From assembly GCA_030390025.1 (NCBI GenBank), contig CM059433.1:3782001-3846000 (forward strand): a stretch of DNA of 64,000 nt, written 5' to 3'. This document shows, piece after piece, positions 50,575-63,052 of this stretch (positions are counted from its first letter, which is position 1; each line of letters opens with the position of its first letter). The position numbers were made by a program, and so were the translations under genes. This stretch comes from Squalus acanthias (taxonomy: Eukaryota). Below the pieces are notes generated by a model. That model was not told the DNA's origin and ran no database searches. It saw only the letters and a list, made by a program, of their open reading frames with translations.

Positions 50575-52995
50575 ATACGGGATGGTTTCTTGGACCAATA
50601 TTTCAAGGAACCAACTAGAGATCAGGCCATCTTAGACTGGGTATTATGTAATGAGAAAGGATTAATTAGCAATCTTGTTGTGCAAGGCCCCTTGGGGAGG
50701 AGCGATCATAATATGATATAATTCTTCATTAAAATGGAGAGTGAAGTAGTTGACTCAGAGACTAGGGTCCTGAATTTAAATAAAGGAAACTATGATGGTA
50801 TGAGGCGCGAGTTAGTTTGGATGGATTGGGGAATGTTACTTAAAGGGTTGATGGTGGATAGGCAATGGCAAACATTTAAAGATCGCATGGATGAACGACA
50901 GAATTTGTTCGTCCCTGTTTGGCATAAAAATAAAACAAAAAAGGTGACTCAACCGTGGCTAACAAGGGAAATTAGGGATAGCATAAGATCCAAGGAGAGG
51001 ACATATAATTTGGCCAGAAAAAGCAGCAAACCTGAGGATTGGGAGCAGTTTAGGATTCAGCAAAGGAGGACAGAGGGATTAATTAAGAGGGGGAAAATAG
51101 ATTATGAGAGTAAGCTTTCAGGGAACATAAAAATTGACTGTAAAAGCTTCTATAGATATGTGAAGAGAAAAAGATTGGTGAAGTCAAACGTAGGACCCTT
51201 GCAGTCAGAATCAGAGGAATTTATAATGGGGAACAAAGAAATTGCAGACCAATTAAATACATACTTTGGTTCTGTCTTCACAAAGGAGGACACAAATAAT
51301 CTCCCAGAGATGTCAGGGAACATAGGGTCTAATGAGAGGGAGGAATTGAATGAAATCAGTATTTGTAGGGAAATGGTGTTAGGGAAATTGACGGGATTGA
51401 GGGCCGATAAATCCCCAGGGCCTGATAATCTACATCCTAGGGTACTTAAGGAAGTGGCCCTAGAAATAGTAGATGCATTGCTGGTCATCTTCCAAAATTC
51501 TATAGACTCTGGAACAGTTCCCATGGATTGGAGGGTAGCTAATGTAAACCCACTATTTAAAAAAGGTGGTAGAGAGAAAACGGGGAATTATAGACCGGTA
51601 AGTCTGACATCGGTAGTGGGCAAAATGCTCGAGTCCATTATAAAAGATGTAATAGCAGAGCACTTGGAAAGCAGTGACAGGATCGGACAAAGTCAACATG
51701 GATTTACAAAAGGTAAATCATGCTTGACTAATCTACTGGAATTTTTTGAGGATGTAACTGGTAGAATAGATAAGGGAGAACCAGTGGATGTGGTGTATTT
51801 GGACTTTCAGAAGGCTTTCGATAAGGTCCCGCATAAGAGATTAGCATGCAAAGTTAAAGCACATGGGATTGGGGGTAAGGTACTGTCTTAGATAGAGAAC
51901 TGGTAGGCAGACAGGAAACAAAGAGTTGGAATAAACGAGTCTTTTTCCGAGTGGCAGGCAGTGACTAGTGGGGTACCGCAGGGATTGGTGCTAGGACCCC
52001 AGTTATTCACAATATATATTAATGATCTAGACTAGGGAACTAGATGTAATATCACCAAGTTTGCAAACGACAAAAAGCTGGGTGGGCGTGTGTGCTGTGA
52101 GGAGGATGCAGAGAAACTCCAGTATGATTTGGACAGGTTGGGTGATTGGGCAGATGCATGGCAAATTCAGTATAATGTGGATAATTGCGAGGTTATCCAC
52201 TTCGGTGGCAAAAACAGGAAGACAGATTACTATCTGAACGGCAATAGATTGGGAAAAGGGGAAGTGCAACGAGATCTGGGTGTCCTTGTGCACCAGTCGC
52301 TGAAGGTAAGCATGCAGGTGCAGCAGGCGGTTAAGAAGGCAAATGGTATGTTGGCCTTCATAGTGAGAGGATTCGAGTACAGGAGCAAGGATGTCTTGCT
52401 GCAGTTGTACAGGGCCTTGGTGAGACCACACCTTGAGTATTGTGTGCAGTTTTGGTCGCCTTATCTGAGGAAGGATGTTCTTGCCATGGAGAGAGTGCAG
52501 CAAAGATTCACCAGACTGATACCTGGGATGGCAGGAATGACGTATGAGGAGAGATTGGGACGATTGGGCTCTTTATTCGCTAGAGTTTAGAAGAATGAGA
52601 GGGGATCTCATTGAAACTTGTAAAATTCTAACAGGACTAGACAGACTAGATGTAGGAAGGATGTTCCCGATGGCGGGGGAGTCCAGAACCAGGGGTCACA
52701 GTCTAAGGATAAGGGGTAAGCCATTTAGGACTGAGATGAGGAGGAATTTCTTCACCCAGAGAGTGGTGAACCTGTGGAATTCTCTACCACAGAAGGCAGT
52801 TGAGGACAATTCATTAAATATATTCAAGAAGGAGTTAGATATATTTCTTAAGGCTAAAGGGATCAAGGGATATGGGGAGAAAGCAGGGACAGGGTACTGA
52901 ATTTGGATGATCAGCCATGATCTCATTAAATGGTGGAACAGGCTCGAGGGGCTGAATGGCCTACTCCTGCTCCTATCTTCTATGTTTCTATGTTT
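50575..52995 (+). mobile_element. Long 5'-truncated CR1 LINE ORF2 (end of EN, RT, 3' UTR) with a few stops and frameshifts
   Basis: EPTRDQAILDWV..SDHNMI; 385-aa ORF with KSPGPDNLHP, NYRPVSLTS, QHGF, DVVYLDFQKAFDKVPH; GVPQG. The 3' half is nearly identical to 22058-22967. Confidence 0.95.
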
Positions 52996-53544
52996 ACAGC
53001 TTACCCGTTATAGCTGACTTCGTTAGAGCAAATACTCCTTGGATTCTTTGGCTATGTTAAAACATACTGGCCTAGAAATTCCCCATTGTAGCGCCCGGCC
53101 ATGAAGGACGGTTTTGTTGAAAAAACGGCAGCCGCCTCGCTTCCACCCACTTCCAGCATGAGACACAGTGGTTGCCATTTTGGTAGGGGCCACAGTGCTG
53201 CCATTGATTGCTCTGGCCTTTGAAATGTAAATTAGCAGATCGTGACGTCAATCGGCGTGCAACGTCTGACTTGACACCACGACTGCTATTTTGGATGTTT
53301 TTGCTCACCATTACGCTGGGTCCTAACCACGCACACAATAGCATGCGTGAAGCAGCCCTGCAGAGATGCTTCTTAAAGGACGCACACAACTTTAAGTAAG
53401 TTTGGATTTAAGCTTTTGAACTTTTAAAAATATTTTGTTGAAGTAATGGCTTGGTGCAATAGATGCTAAAAGTTTGTAAAATGTGCAGGGAGTGCTGCTG
53501 GATGCTTGCAAGGCTTTGGCTGGTAAAGGAAGGCCTCTGAGAAG

Positions 53545-53686
53545 TCAGAAAATGCTGGAAATACTCAGCAGGTCAGGCAGCATCCATGGAGAGAGAAACA
53601 GAGTTCACGTCTCAGGTTGAGATATTGCCTGACCTGCTGAGTATTTCCAGCATTTTATGCTTTAACTTCAGATTTCCAGCATCCGC
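53545..53686. mobile_element. Inverted pair of Penelope-type terminal fragments
   Basis: Perfect 31-bp inverted repeat, 53549-53579 and 53626-53656; same family as 62691-62913. Confidence 0.7.
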
Positions 53687-54167
53687 TCGCAGAGGGAAGA
53701 GGAAGACGCAGAAGAGGCTGAAATGGGAGGAAGGATGCAACACAGACAGACCCTTTCTGGCCGGGATATCTAGGATGGAATCATCCCCCTGCGGTACCAG
53801 TGACCACAACCCTAATTCCCCTTTCAACAGTTGTCCCACACCTTACCTCCCCTCTGTTACTGAGCATCACAGCGTCCTCTTGGCCACAATGAGATAAAAG
53901 CCACCACAAAGCAAACTTTCCAATCCAACTTTATCCATATATGCATCCAATATGACATCAAGAAATCAACTAATCACCCTTGTGCATTCCCTTAGTGACT
54001 GTCTTGTGTGTGGCTTTGCCTATCCTACTGGTATCACACAGTGCTAGCCCAGTGGCTGCAGCATGGCTGGTGGAAGGCTGCTGACTTTCAGTGGGGTTAC
54101 TGCAAATGGCCTTGCTGGTCGACCTTGAAGAGCTGGTGGCTGGGAGTGTCAAATCGAATGACGGTGT

Positions 54168-54227
54168 TTCTTCTTCTTCTTCTTCTTCTTCTTCTTCTTC
54201 TTCTTCTTCTTCTTCTTCTTCTTCTTC
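54168..54227. repeat. (TTC)20 microsatellite
   Basis: Pure trinucleotide run. Confidence 0.97.
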
Positions 54228-57139
54228 TTTCTCCTGTCCTTCTTGGTCACCCATTCGCTGGGCAGGCTTCATTTCTTGGGTGTGTGAAATGAGGAAGGCG
54301 CAAGGGTAGAGTTGTGGTGAGGGGAGGGTGAGGAAGCAAGAGCTGCATGCTTGCACCTTGTAAATCAGGAGATATTGTGGGATGAGGGGTAAGTGGGATG
54401 TGAGAAGGAGAATAACGTATGAGAATACCAGCATCTTGTATCCTTTTTGCTGGCCATGGACTCAGCCATGCCCCTGCCAAGAATGGCCTGCACCGTCTCC
54501 TCCAAGATGGTCAGGTGAAGCTAGGAATGGGAGGTGTGCCTTGTGATTGGTGCAGATTGTTGGTAGGTGAGTGATTGGGGGTGAGGGTCGTGCATTGAGA
54601 AGTGTGTGAGGTTAGTGGTGCAGTTGAGAGGAGACGGCTTTCGAAGATGCATTCACTGACCTTGACCACTCGCTTGAGGCCATGAAGCTTCTTTGGGCAC
54701 TGGAGCCAGGGAGTGGGGGCAACACTGCTGGCAGTGATGGCCTCGGTGATCTAGTCCCACATCCTTCTTTCTGGAGGGCCTCCTGCACAAAGCTGGAGTG
54801 CTGCGTGCGAAACCCTGGGCGCCCCTTCCCTGGCTTGTTGAGCCACTTGTGTTGGTGCTGAAGCATTTTTACCATTTTTTTTATGTGCGGAAGGCAGTTC
54901 AGCTTTAAGAGCTAAAGACTGCCATTTCGGGATTATTTTTAGTGTTTATTTTTTTTTCAGAAGGCATTTGAGCTCTCAGGGCTAAAGACTGCCTATTTTT
55001 TTCATTTTAGAAGGCAATTCCCCTTGAAGGGATTGACACTGCTTCCTAAAATGACAGGCTAGCTTTAAGAGAATGCTGCCTCGCTCCAGGGACGCTACGG
55101 CCACGCTACATTGGGCGTCCTGCTGAGACTACCGCCCGAAACATTGCGCTACACGGCAGATTGTGCGCTGCGCTAATTAAAATCAGCAGGCAGCACCAAA
55201 ATATCAGTGCTGCCTGCGCTCTGTCTGTGGGCAGCTGTTAACTTCAGCCTGTGGTGACAGCGGCCATTTGCAGCCCTAATCAGATTTCTAGGCCACAGTA
55301 TTCATAAGCTGCATTTTATTTTGCACTGGGGCTCTAGGTTGTACAAAGATTAACCTCAGTTGGTTGATGCAAAGCACAGGCTCACACAGCTGAAATGGCA
55401 ATAACTTAAAAGGCATGTGCTATTGTATCCATTGTGCCAGAATGATGGCCGCACATTGCGGCAGAAACCTAAATAGCCAGTTCCTCCCAAGACCTGGGAT
55501 AGAGCATCAAAAGCTCTGGCAAGACGCTACTGAGGACTGATTGGACCCGAAGGTTTCCGAGTCAAATTTTTTTGTTATTTTGTTTTACATCTTTATTAAA
55601 AGTAGAAGCATGATCTCATTGTGTGTCTAAGTGCAGTATTGGCAGCAGTTAGCCAATGCTGGAGCATCACTGTAATCTGAATCACAAACAGTGGCATTGA
55701 CTCCAGCATCAAATTAAAAGAGTGCTAACGAACAATGGCTTATTCTTGAGCATTCTTTTAAACAAACTTTTACTTGTTAGGGTTGCAATGTGTGCAAACA
55801 TTTTATCTGCTGATGGTCGACCTTTTGATTATTTCTGAACCAGTTTGTGAGTCTTTCAACCGTGCACTCTTCATTCTAGTAGTCGCAAAACAATTACGTA
55901 TTCAAGACTGAGTGTGCTTCATGACTTCCCAACTACTAGAATGCAGAATGTGTGCTTAAAAATAGCACCAGCTCCAAAAGAATTCCCTCAGAAGTCTATC
56001 TCTGGCACCACTTAAAGAATTGTCAGTTCCACTCTAGGAAATGTGCTTCTGCGAGTATCTCTCGACTGCTTTCCAGGAGAAGAGCAGGAATCGGTGCTAA
56101 CTTCTGCCCGCGTTTCACAATTTGCTCCAGAGAGGTCAAAAATCAGGCACTGACGTTGGTCATGTCTCAGTGTGCACTCAGCCTTGGAAACAGAAAAAAA
56201 AAACCCCAATGGATCAATTGTGAAGCTAGCCATCAGTAAGTATAAATTTTATGTACGTTTTAACCAAGAGTAAGTTCAATAATTTAAACATAGTGCATTT
56301 TTAGAAGGAATACTTGATGATGAAGCCATTATGAAGCTTTTTTCCTGGAGCGTTGCTGAAGTATTCTCCCCACTGCCTACGCAGTAGCAGACTGTGAAGA
56401 TTCTGAGTCACAGCTAAGTATGGTGCATGGTTTGGCTGCTGTTAAATTAGATTAACATAAGATACTGTGGTGCTAATAAATTTATCAATGGTGCAATGCT
56501 AAGAATTTGTGCCCTTAACCTACAGAGTCCTTTTAGTATTTCAAAGTGTCTTCAACATTTAAAGAGCATTTCACAAGCAGGCTGACTGTGTACAAGCGTG
56601 CAGAATGATGGTATATCTCCGATAATGCTGTGGATCTGGAAGCGGTATCGTATTGTAGCACAGAACTCCTGTCGCAACTGACATGGCTTTAACAGTACAT
56701 TAATAGATCTCACGGCAAATACTACAATGTTCCATCCTATTAAGTGTAATGGGAGCTTCCGCATTGATCACTTGATATAGATTTCAAATCAACGGGAACA
56801 TTCCCATTAAGAGGTAATACCAATACAGTGGTGTGGGGGGGTTACAGTTTGGACTCAGCACTTACTGCAGATTAAATAAAGCTGCAGGTCAGAGTGGAGC
56901 TGGAAACAACTGGGCAAAAGGTTACGGCACAGAAGGAACATTCTTGTTGTAGAGTAGATTACTGTAATAGCGCTACCACGTTATACAGACCATCGTGTAT
57001 AGCGGGCAAATCACATTCGCATGAATGCGCCTGCTATAAGTAGCTGTTGCACTTTAGCCAGTCGTTATCTCACTTTCATCTATCAAGCGGCCGCATCCTA
57101 AGGTGGATACCTTAACCTCCTCAAATTCCTTTCATTCTA

Positions 57140-59552
57140 CAGGAAACTCTTTGGTATCCGGCACCGACGGGACCGGCGTGGTGCCGGTTGAATAAAAATT
57201 CCGGATGATGGAGAGGGTTATCTACCGAGGCTATTTTGAACAAACAAAAATAAAAAAATCAAGAAATGTGCAGTATACAGTAATTGGGTACTCACCTACA
57301 GAATGTTGTGTTCAATGGATGGTGGAAGATGCTTGATGAAGTACAGTACTGCCAGTTGAGGGTAATCCATAACTCTTTAATTACTTAACAGTAAAACAAA
57401 ACTTATAAACGACTATATACAGTACTGTAGTTGACTGTACACTTATTCCAAGTCAACTGGTTCATCAGGAATATCCATGCCAGCTGGGTCATCAGGACCA
57501 TGCACTTCCACAGATTCCACAGATTCTTCAGGCACTTCCGCTGCTTCGACTCTTTTGGAAGCTTTCTTAAACATGTTGCGGATGTCGGCTTGCTTAGTGG
57601 ACTCTTGCCTTTTCTGTAGAAACGTGGAATGCAGAATATGGAGTTACATAACTTCTTGGGCAGAGTAGCAAGGCTGCCTTTCAGCAAATTGGAGGATTGA
57701 AGAAAATCCTTCTGCAGCTTTAGCCCAAGAAATCTTCTTCTCTTCAGAAATCTCATCCTCTTCACTTTCCATCTCACTTTCCTTTTCTTTCTTTGGATTC
57801 AAAACACTCTCAATTATTTCATCATCACAACAGCAACTTCTCTATCTGTATCAACCCACTGCTCGATATCACTTTCACTGAGGTGACGTAGAGGGTTTGC
57901 TGGGCCTACATTTTTCACCATGCCAGCCATTTCCATTATTGTACTCTTCTTGGGACGAACATTGAACCCATGAAATTCCTCCTCTGAAGAAGAACCTTCA
58001 GCAAACATTACAGAAGGCCACAATTTGCGCCAGGCTTGCCTCAGAGTGTGACCTTTCACCAAGTTCCAGGAACATGCAACATTATAGATGGCATCTTTAA
58101 TACTGTATTCCTTCTGAAATGCGTGAATATTGACATCTTGGTTTATCAGTTTATGTAGGAAGTCTTTCTTGTAATGACACTTCAGATTTTGGATAACGCC
58201 CTGGTCCATGGGTTGTATGAGAGAAGTTACATTTGGTGGCAAATAAATGGTGAAAATATTTCCCGAAACCAACTCGGATTCATGCGGATGGGCTTTACAA
58301 TTATCAAGCAATAAAATGCATTTGCTATCTTCAGGTTTCCCTATTTTACGGAAATGTTCCCTCACAAATGGAACAAAAATATGATGGAACCAATAGGAGA
58401 AGATTTCCTTATCCATCCAAGCATTTTTTTGATCTTTGTACTCAACAGGTAAGTGCCTCACATTTTTAAATGCACGGGGATTTTTATACTTCCCAATAAT
58501 AAGAGATTTAACCCGGTGTGATCCAGCAGCGTTCGCACATGTTAGCACGGTTACACGATCTTTATTTTTCTTGTAACCTGAAGCATTAGCCTCACTAGCC
58601 CCAGCAAGCGTTGATTCTGGCAAAAACCTCCAAAACAAGCCAGTTTCATCGGCATTATATATCTGTGCTGGCGACAAATCATGTTGCTGCACAATCCGAT
58701 TGAAATAATCGCAGTATTCTTCTGCGGTGTCGTGATCAGCTGATTTCTTCTACCCGGAAATATCAAGTCGTCGTATCCCGTGCCGTAACTTGAAGCACGT
58801 TAGCCATCCCTCGGAGAAAGCACACTTGTCAGTGAGCTCCATCCTTTCGTAGAAATCCTTCGCTTTCTCGATTAGCATGGGTCCGGAAATTGGAACACCC
58901 TCTGAACGCTTAAGAGAAAACCATTCATAAAGCACGGTATCCAGCTCTTCAAGCTTAGGCTTACGAAGCGTACGCCGTTTCTCTACACTCTTAGATGTCT
59001 CCGAGCTTGAATAAAACTTGAGCAGCTTATCCTTCTGCGATTTGATGTTGTAGATTGTTGATGAACCGATTTTGAATTCATTCATAATGTTGATACGCTT
59101 CTCTCCCCTTTCTAGTCGTTGGCATATCTCGATTTTCTGTTTTAAAGTTAACACCACTCTCTTCCTTTTGCTTGGACCAGCTTTTGGGAATTCCATAATG
59201 CAAGATGGGGGAGATAATTCCCGATAAAGATGGAGAGACACACAGAAAAATGGTGGCTCGGAAGAGACTACCAGCAGCACAGGAGACACACAGTAAAATG
59301 GCGGATCAGAAGAGACTACCAGCAGCGCGGGAGAATCAGACTCCTGTTATTGCGGTGTTCGGACTTCCCACAGCGCCGGGAAGCCGAGTAGTGGCACTTT
59401 GGAGAACTACCCCCACTGACTAGCTTGGCGTTCGCGGGAGACTCGGACTCGGCAACATTGCTGGTTATTGGGGAGGAGTTTTCAGAGTATGAATTTTGCC
59501 GGTTAATAGAGAATTCCGGATATTTAGGTGCCGTTTAAATGAGAGTTTCCTG
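57140..59552 (-). mobile_element. Full-length Tigger (pogo superfamily) DNA transposon, 2413 bp
   Basis: TA|CAGGAAACTCT-N8-CGGCACC at the left and GGTGCCG-N8-AGAGTTTCCTG|TA at the right; the transposase lies between them. Confidence 0.93.
57443..59196 (-). pseudogene. Tigger/jerky-like transposase (CENP-B-type HTH + DDE_1, DD32D), three visible lesions
   Basis: [15 protein letters not shown] (psq HTH), [28 protein letters not shown]-32[10 protein letters not shown]. In-frame TAG at 58750-52, frameshift near 57825, TAA at 57644-46, natural stop at 57443-45. Confidence 0.9.
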
Positions 59553-60519
59553 TATGTCTTTTATCCTAATGAACTTTTAGCAGTTTTGATAATCTAACAC
59601 CAATTCCTACCTACATCATGGTTATTAGTAATAATAGAAGAAATGTAGGCATTGAGCCTTAGTTAGTTCAATTAGAGAAACATAAACAAGGTTGAAATCC
59701 TAACTTGAAAACAAGATTATTTATGACCATCATACTGCTGAATGCTATAACATCCGCAGGGAACCAAAACACAAGCAGATTCCAAGCATCTATCTAATTA
59801 TTCTAAGACTAGTCTGAAGAGACTTTTTGTCTCCAGTTCTAATACAATCATGTAAACACAGCATTACTCACGTCACAATTTTGTTCGCATAACCATATAC
59901 ATTTTGGACACCCCTGATTTCTAACAGACTGTAGTGACTTTCAGTTGCTCTGAGTGTTATAGGTAGTACAAGCATTACTTTTGCGTTAAGCTACAACAAT
60001 TTTGTGCATTAACATTAAGGAAATGGGTGCCATCGTTTGCCCATGCTTCTAACATTGCTCCTGGGAATTAATAGGCGCAGCAGACCTTAACGCACAGATG
60101 CTGAATTAGCAACTTTTTGCCCCATGAAGGAGCAATTGAAAGACTTCTCCCTAAATTCTTAAGTTCAACTTTTAATACAAAAGGCATTATTAAAGAGGAA
60201 AGAATGGGAAGTTGTGAAGGGTGACCTGAAACAGACAGCAACAACACCTGAGCTGTGACAAAGCCATAGAGTGACAAGGAGACTGCAGAAAAGCCCAGAC
60301 CGTCCTGATGGGAAAGTGTTCCACAGGTCACGCCCATCTCCATGTGGGTGCTAAATACATATGTTACCAATGATATCAAGTTATCAGTTATGTTGCTCTG
60401 ATGCAACATATCTGTACTTCAGAAGGTGGAGTTGAAGAGTAGTAGCAAAACATTTCTGTTAGAATGTGAATTTTGCATGGTGAACGATTATGTACTCAGG
60501 ATCAGCATGTTAGTAATAG

Positions 60520-61637
60520 GAAGTTAGCATGCAGGTACAGCAAGTAATTAGGAAGGCAAATGGAATATTGGCCTTTATTGCAAGGGGGATGGAGTATAAA
60601 AGTAGGCAAGTCTTGCTACAACTGTACAGGGCGTTGGTGAAACCACACCTGGAGTACTGCGTACAGTTTTGGTCTCCTTATTTAAGGAAGGACATACTTG
60701 GATTGGAGGCAGTTCAGAGAAGGCTCACTAGGTTGATTCCTGAGTTGAAGGGGTTGTCTTATGAGAAAAGGTTGAGCAGGTTGGGCCTATACTCATTGGA
60801 GTTTCGAAGAATGAGAGGTGATCTTATTGAAACATATAAGATTCTGAGGGGGCTTGTCAGGGTAGATGCAGGGAGGATGTTTCCCCTAGTGGGGGTATCT
60901 AGAACTCGGGGGCATAGTTTCAGAATAAGGGGTCGCCCATTTAAGACGGAGATGAGGAGGAATTTCTTCTCTCAGAGGGTCGTGGGCAACACGGTGGCAT
61001 AGTGGTTAGCACTGGTGCCTCACAGCGCCAGAGACCCGGGTTCGAATCTGACCTCGGGTGACTGTCTGTGTGGAGTTTGCACATTCTCCCCGTGTCTGCG
61101 TGGGTTTCCTCCGGGTGCTCCGGTTTCCTCCCACAGTCCAAAAATGTGTGGGTTAGGTTGATTTGGCTATGATAAATTGACCCTTAGTGTTAGGGGGGAT
61201 TAAATATGTGGGGTTATGGGGATAGGATGGGATATGTTAGGGGGAATTAAATACGTGGGGTTACGGGGGTAGGGTGGGATATGTGTACTGTGGGGATTAA
61301 AGCAGGGACAGGGTACTGGATTTGGATGATCAGCCATGATCGTATTGAATGGCGGAGCAGGCTCGACGGGCCGAATGGCCTACTCCTGCTCCTAGATTCT
61401 ATGTTTCTATGAATCTTTGGAATTCTCTACCCCAGTTGCTGTGGAGGCGGAGTCATTGAATATATTCAAGGCGGAGATAGACAGATTTTTGAAAAACAGG
61501 GGAATTGAGGGTTATGGGGAGCGGGCAGGAAAGTGGAGTTGAGGCCATGATCAGATCAGCCATGATCTTATTGAATGGCGGAGCAGGCTCGAGGGGCCGA
61601 ATGGCCGACTCCTGCTCCTATTTCTTATGTTCTTATG
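60520..61637 (+). mobile_element. CR1 3' fragment interrupted by a V-SINE
   Basis: MQVQQVIRKANGILAFI..RNFFSQRVV, resuming at aatctttggaattctc (61412) through to the tail ctcctatttcttatgttcttatg. Confidence 0.92.
60985..61411 (+). mobile_element. HE1-like V-SINE with a CR1-derived replacement tail
   Basis: A box tggcatagtggttagc, B box gggttcgaatc and V core. The 3' part gcagggacagggtactggatttggatgatcagcc..ctatgtttctatg matches the CR1 UTR at 22850-22960. Confidence 0.88.
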
Positions 61638-62345
61638 TAGGACTATTGACATCTATTACATTTGCTGAAATGATTGAATTTGACTTTTCCATAAAATATA
61701 GGCGTTCTAATTGGAGGTCTAAGTAGGATGCCTTAGCAGCAGATACATTTACAAGTTGTGATGTGTCAAGCGGACTCTTTCTGAGCTGAGCGCAGGACTT
61801 GGTTGCTGTTACGGCCAATTCGGAAATACTTACACAGTTTCCCAGTTTTCCAATAGTTACAGTATAAAATAATAACAAGTTTACAAATATCATGAATACG
61901 CTTATAAGACATCCGCAATTTGACATGCACAATTTAATTGCAGTGGTAATAAAAGCAGAAAATACTGGGAATACATAAGAGACCCATTGGCATCTGAAAA
62001 GAGACACTGTAGATTGATAGGTTGCTGTTTTGGGTATAGAACATTTGTTAAACTCGATAAAGGGCCTCTCACCTGCTAACCCATGTTTTCTATTTTCAGA
62101 TGCGAAGGGACCTGATGTGCATTTTCAGCATTTTCTGTTTTTATTCAGATTTCCAGTACTTGCTGCTTTTTCCTTTTTTACTGAATTTCTTCTGCATGAT
62201 GGAGTCACATTTTTCACTTGTAACACAAGTTCCATTAAGACACTTATGATTTGATCCTCTCAGTTTTGAAAATGACGGACCTGTGTCGTATCTTTTAGCT
62301 GCATGACAAAAACAGCAAGGGGCATTCACAAAAATAATTATTTTA

Positions 62346-63052
62346 GAACATAAGAACATAAGAAACAGGAGCAGGAGTCGGCCATTCGGCCCCTCGAGCC
62401 TGCTCCGCCATTCAATGAGATCATGGCTGATCATCGACCTCAACTCCACTTTCCCGCCCGATCCCCATATCCCTTGATTCCCCAAGAGTCCAGAAATCTA
62501 TCGCTCTCAGCCTTGAATATTCTCAAAGACTCAGCATTCACAGCCTCTGGGGCAGAGAATTCCAAAGATTCACAACCCTCTGAGTGAAGAAATTCCTCCT
62601 CATCTCAGTCTTAAATGGCCGACCCCTTATCCTGAGACTGTGCCCCCTAGTTCTAGACACTCCAGCCAGGGGAAACAACCTCTCAGCATCAGTCTCTTAA
62701 TCTCTCCTGCCTTCTATCCCACCACTGACCTTCTCTTTTGTTCTTTCATCCCCTCCCCCTTTTCCCAGCATTATACTTGCTTTAAATCTATTTCATTTCC
62801 TGCTTTTTTCCAGTTCTGACGAAGGGTCTTCGACCTGAAACATTAACTCTGTTTCTCTCTCCACGGATGCTGCCTGGCCTGCTGAGTTTTTCCAGCGTTT
62901 TCTGTTGTTATTTCTCTCAGCATCTACCCTGTCAATCCCCTTCAGAATCTTGTATGTTTCAATGAGGTCACCTCTCATTCTTCTAAACTCCAGAGAGTAT
63001 AGGCCCATTCTACACAATCTCTCATCATAGGACAGCCCTCTCATCCCAGGAA
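62346..63052 (-). mobile_element. CR1 3' fragment split by a Penelope-type insertion
   Basis: Tail gaacataagaacataagaaacaggagc; MRGLSYDERL..GDLIETYKILKGIDRVDAE. Confidence 0.9.
62691..62913 (+). mobile_element. Penelope-type 3'/pLTR insertion with an 11-bp target-site duplication and a decayed hammerhead motif
   Basis: CTCTCAGCATC is duplicated at 62680-62690 and 62914-62924. The insert contains agttCTGACGAagggtcttcgacctGAAAcattaact and ctctccacggatgctgcctggcctgctgag. Confidence 0.78.

Larger units (their letters stand above)
53069..55294. mobile_element. Harbinger deletion derivative with Myb-gene remnants
   Basis: TIRs GGCCTAGAAAT and ATTTCTAGGCC; flanks act/aca. 53700-54500 is homologous to 43540-45130. 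Confidence 0.8.

Noticed and set aside
57443..59196. Host JRK/JRKL/TIGD gene
   Set aside because: Flanked by TIRs and TA duplications and carries stops and a frameshift, so it is a transposon copy rather than a domesticated gene.
60985..61060. tRNA gene
   Set aside because: The A/B boxes are the head of a V-SINE and run straight into the SINE core.
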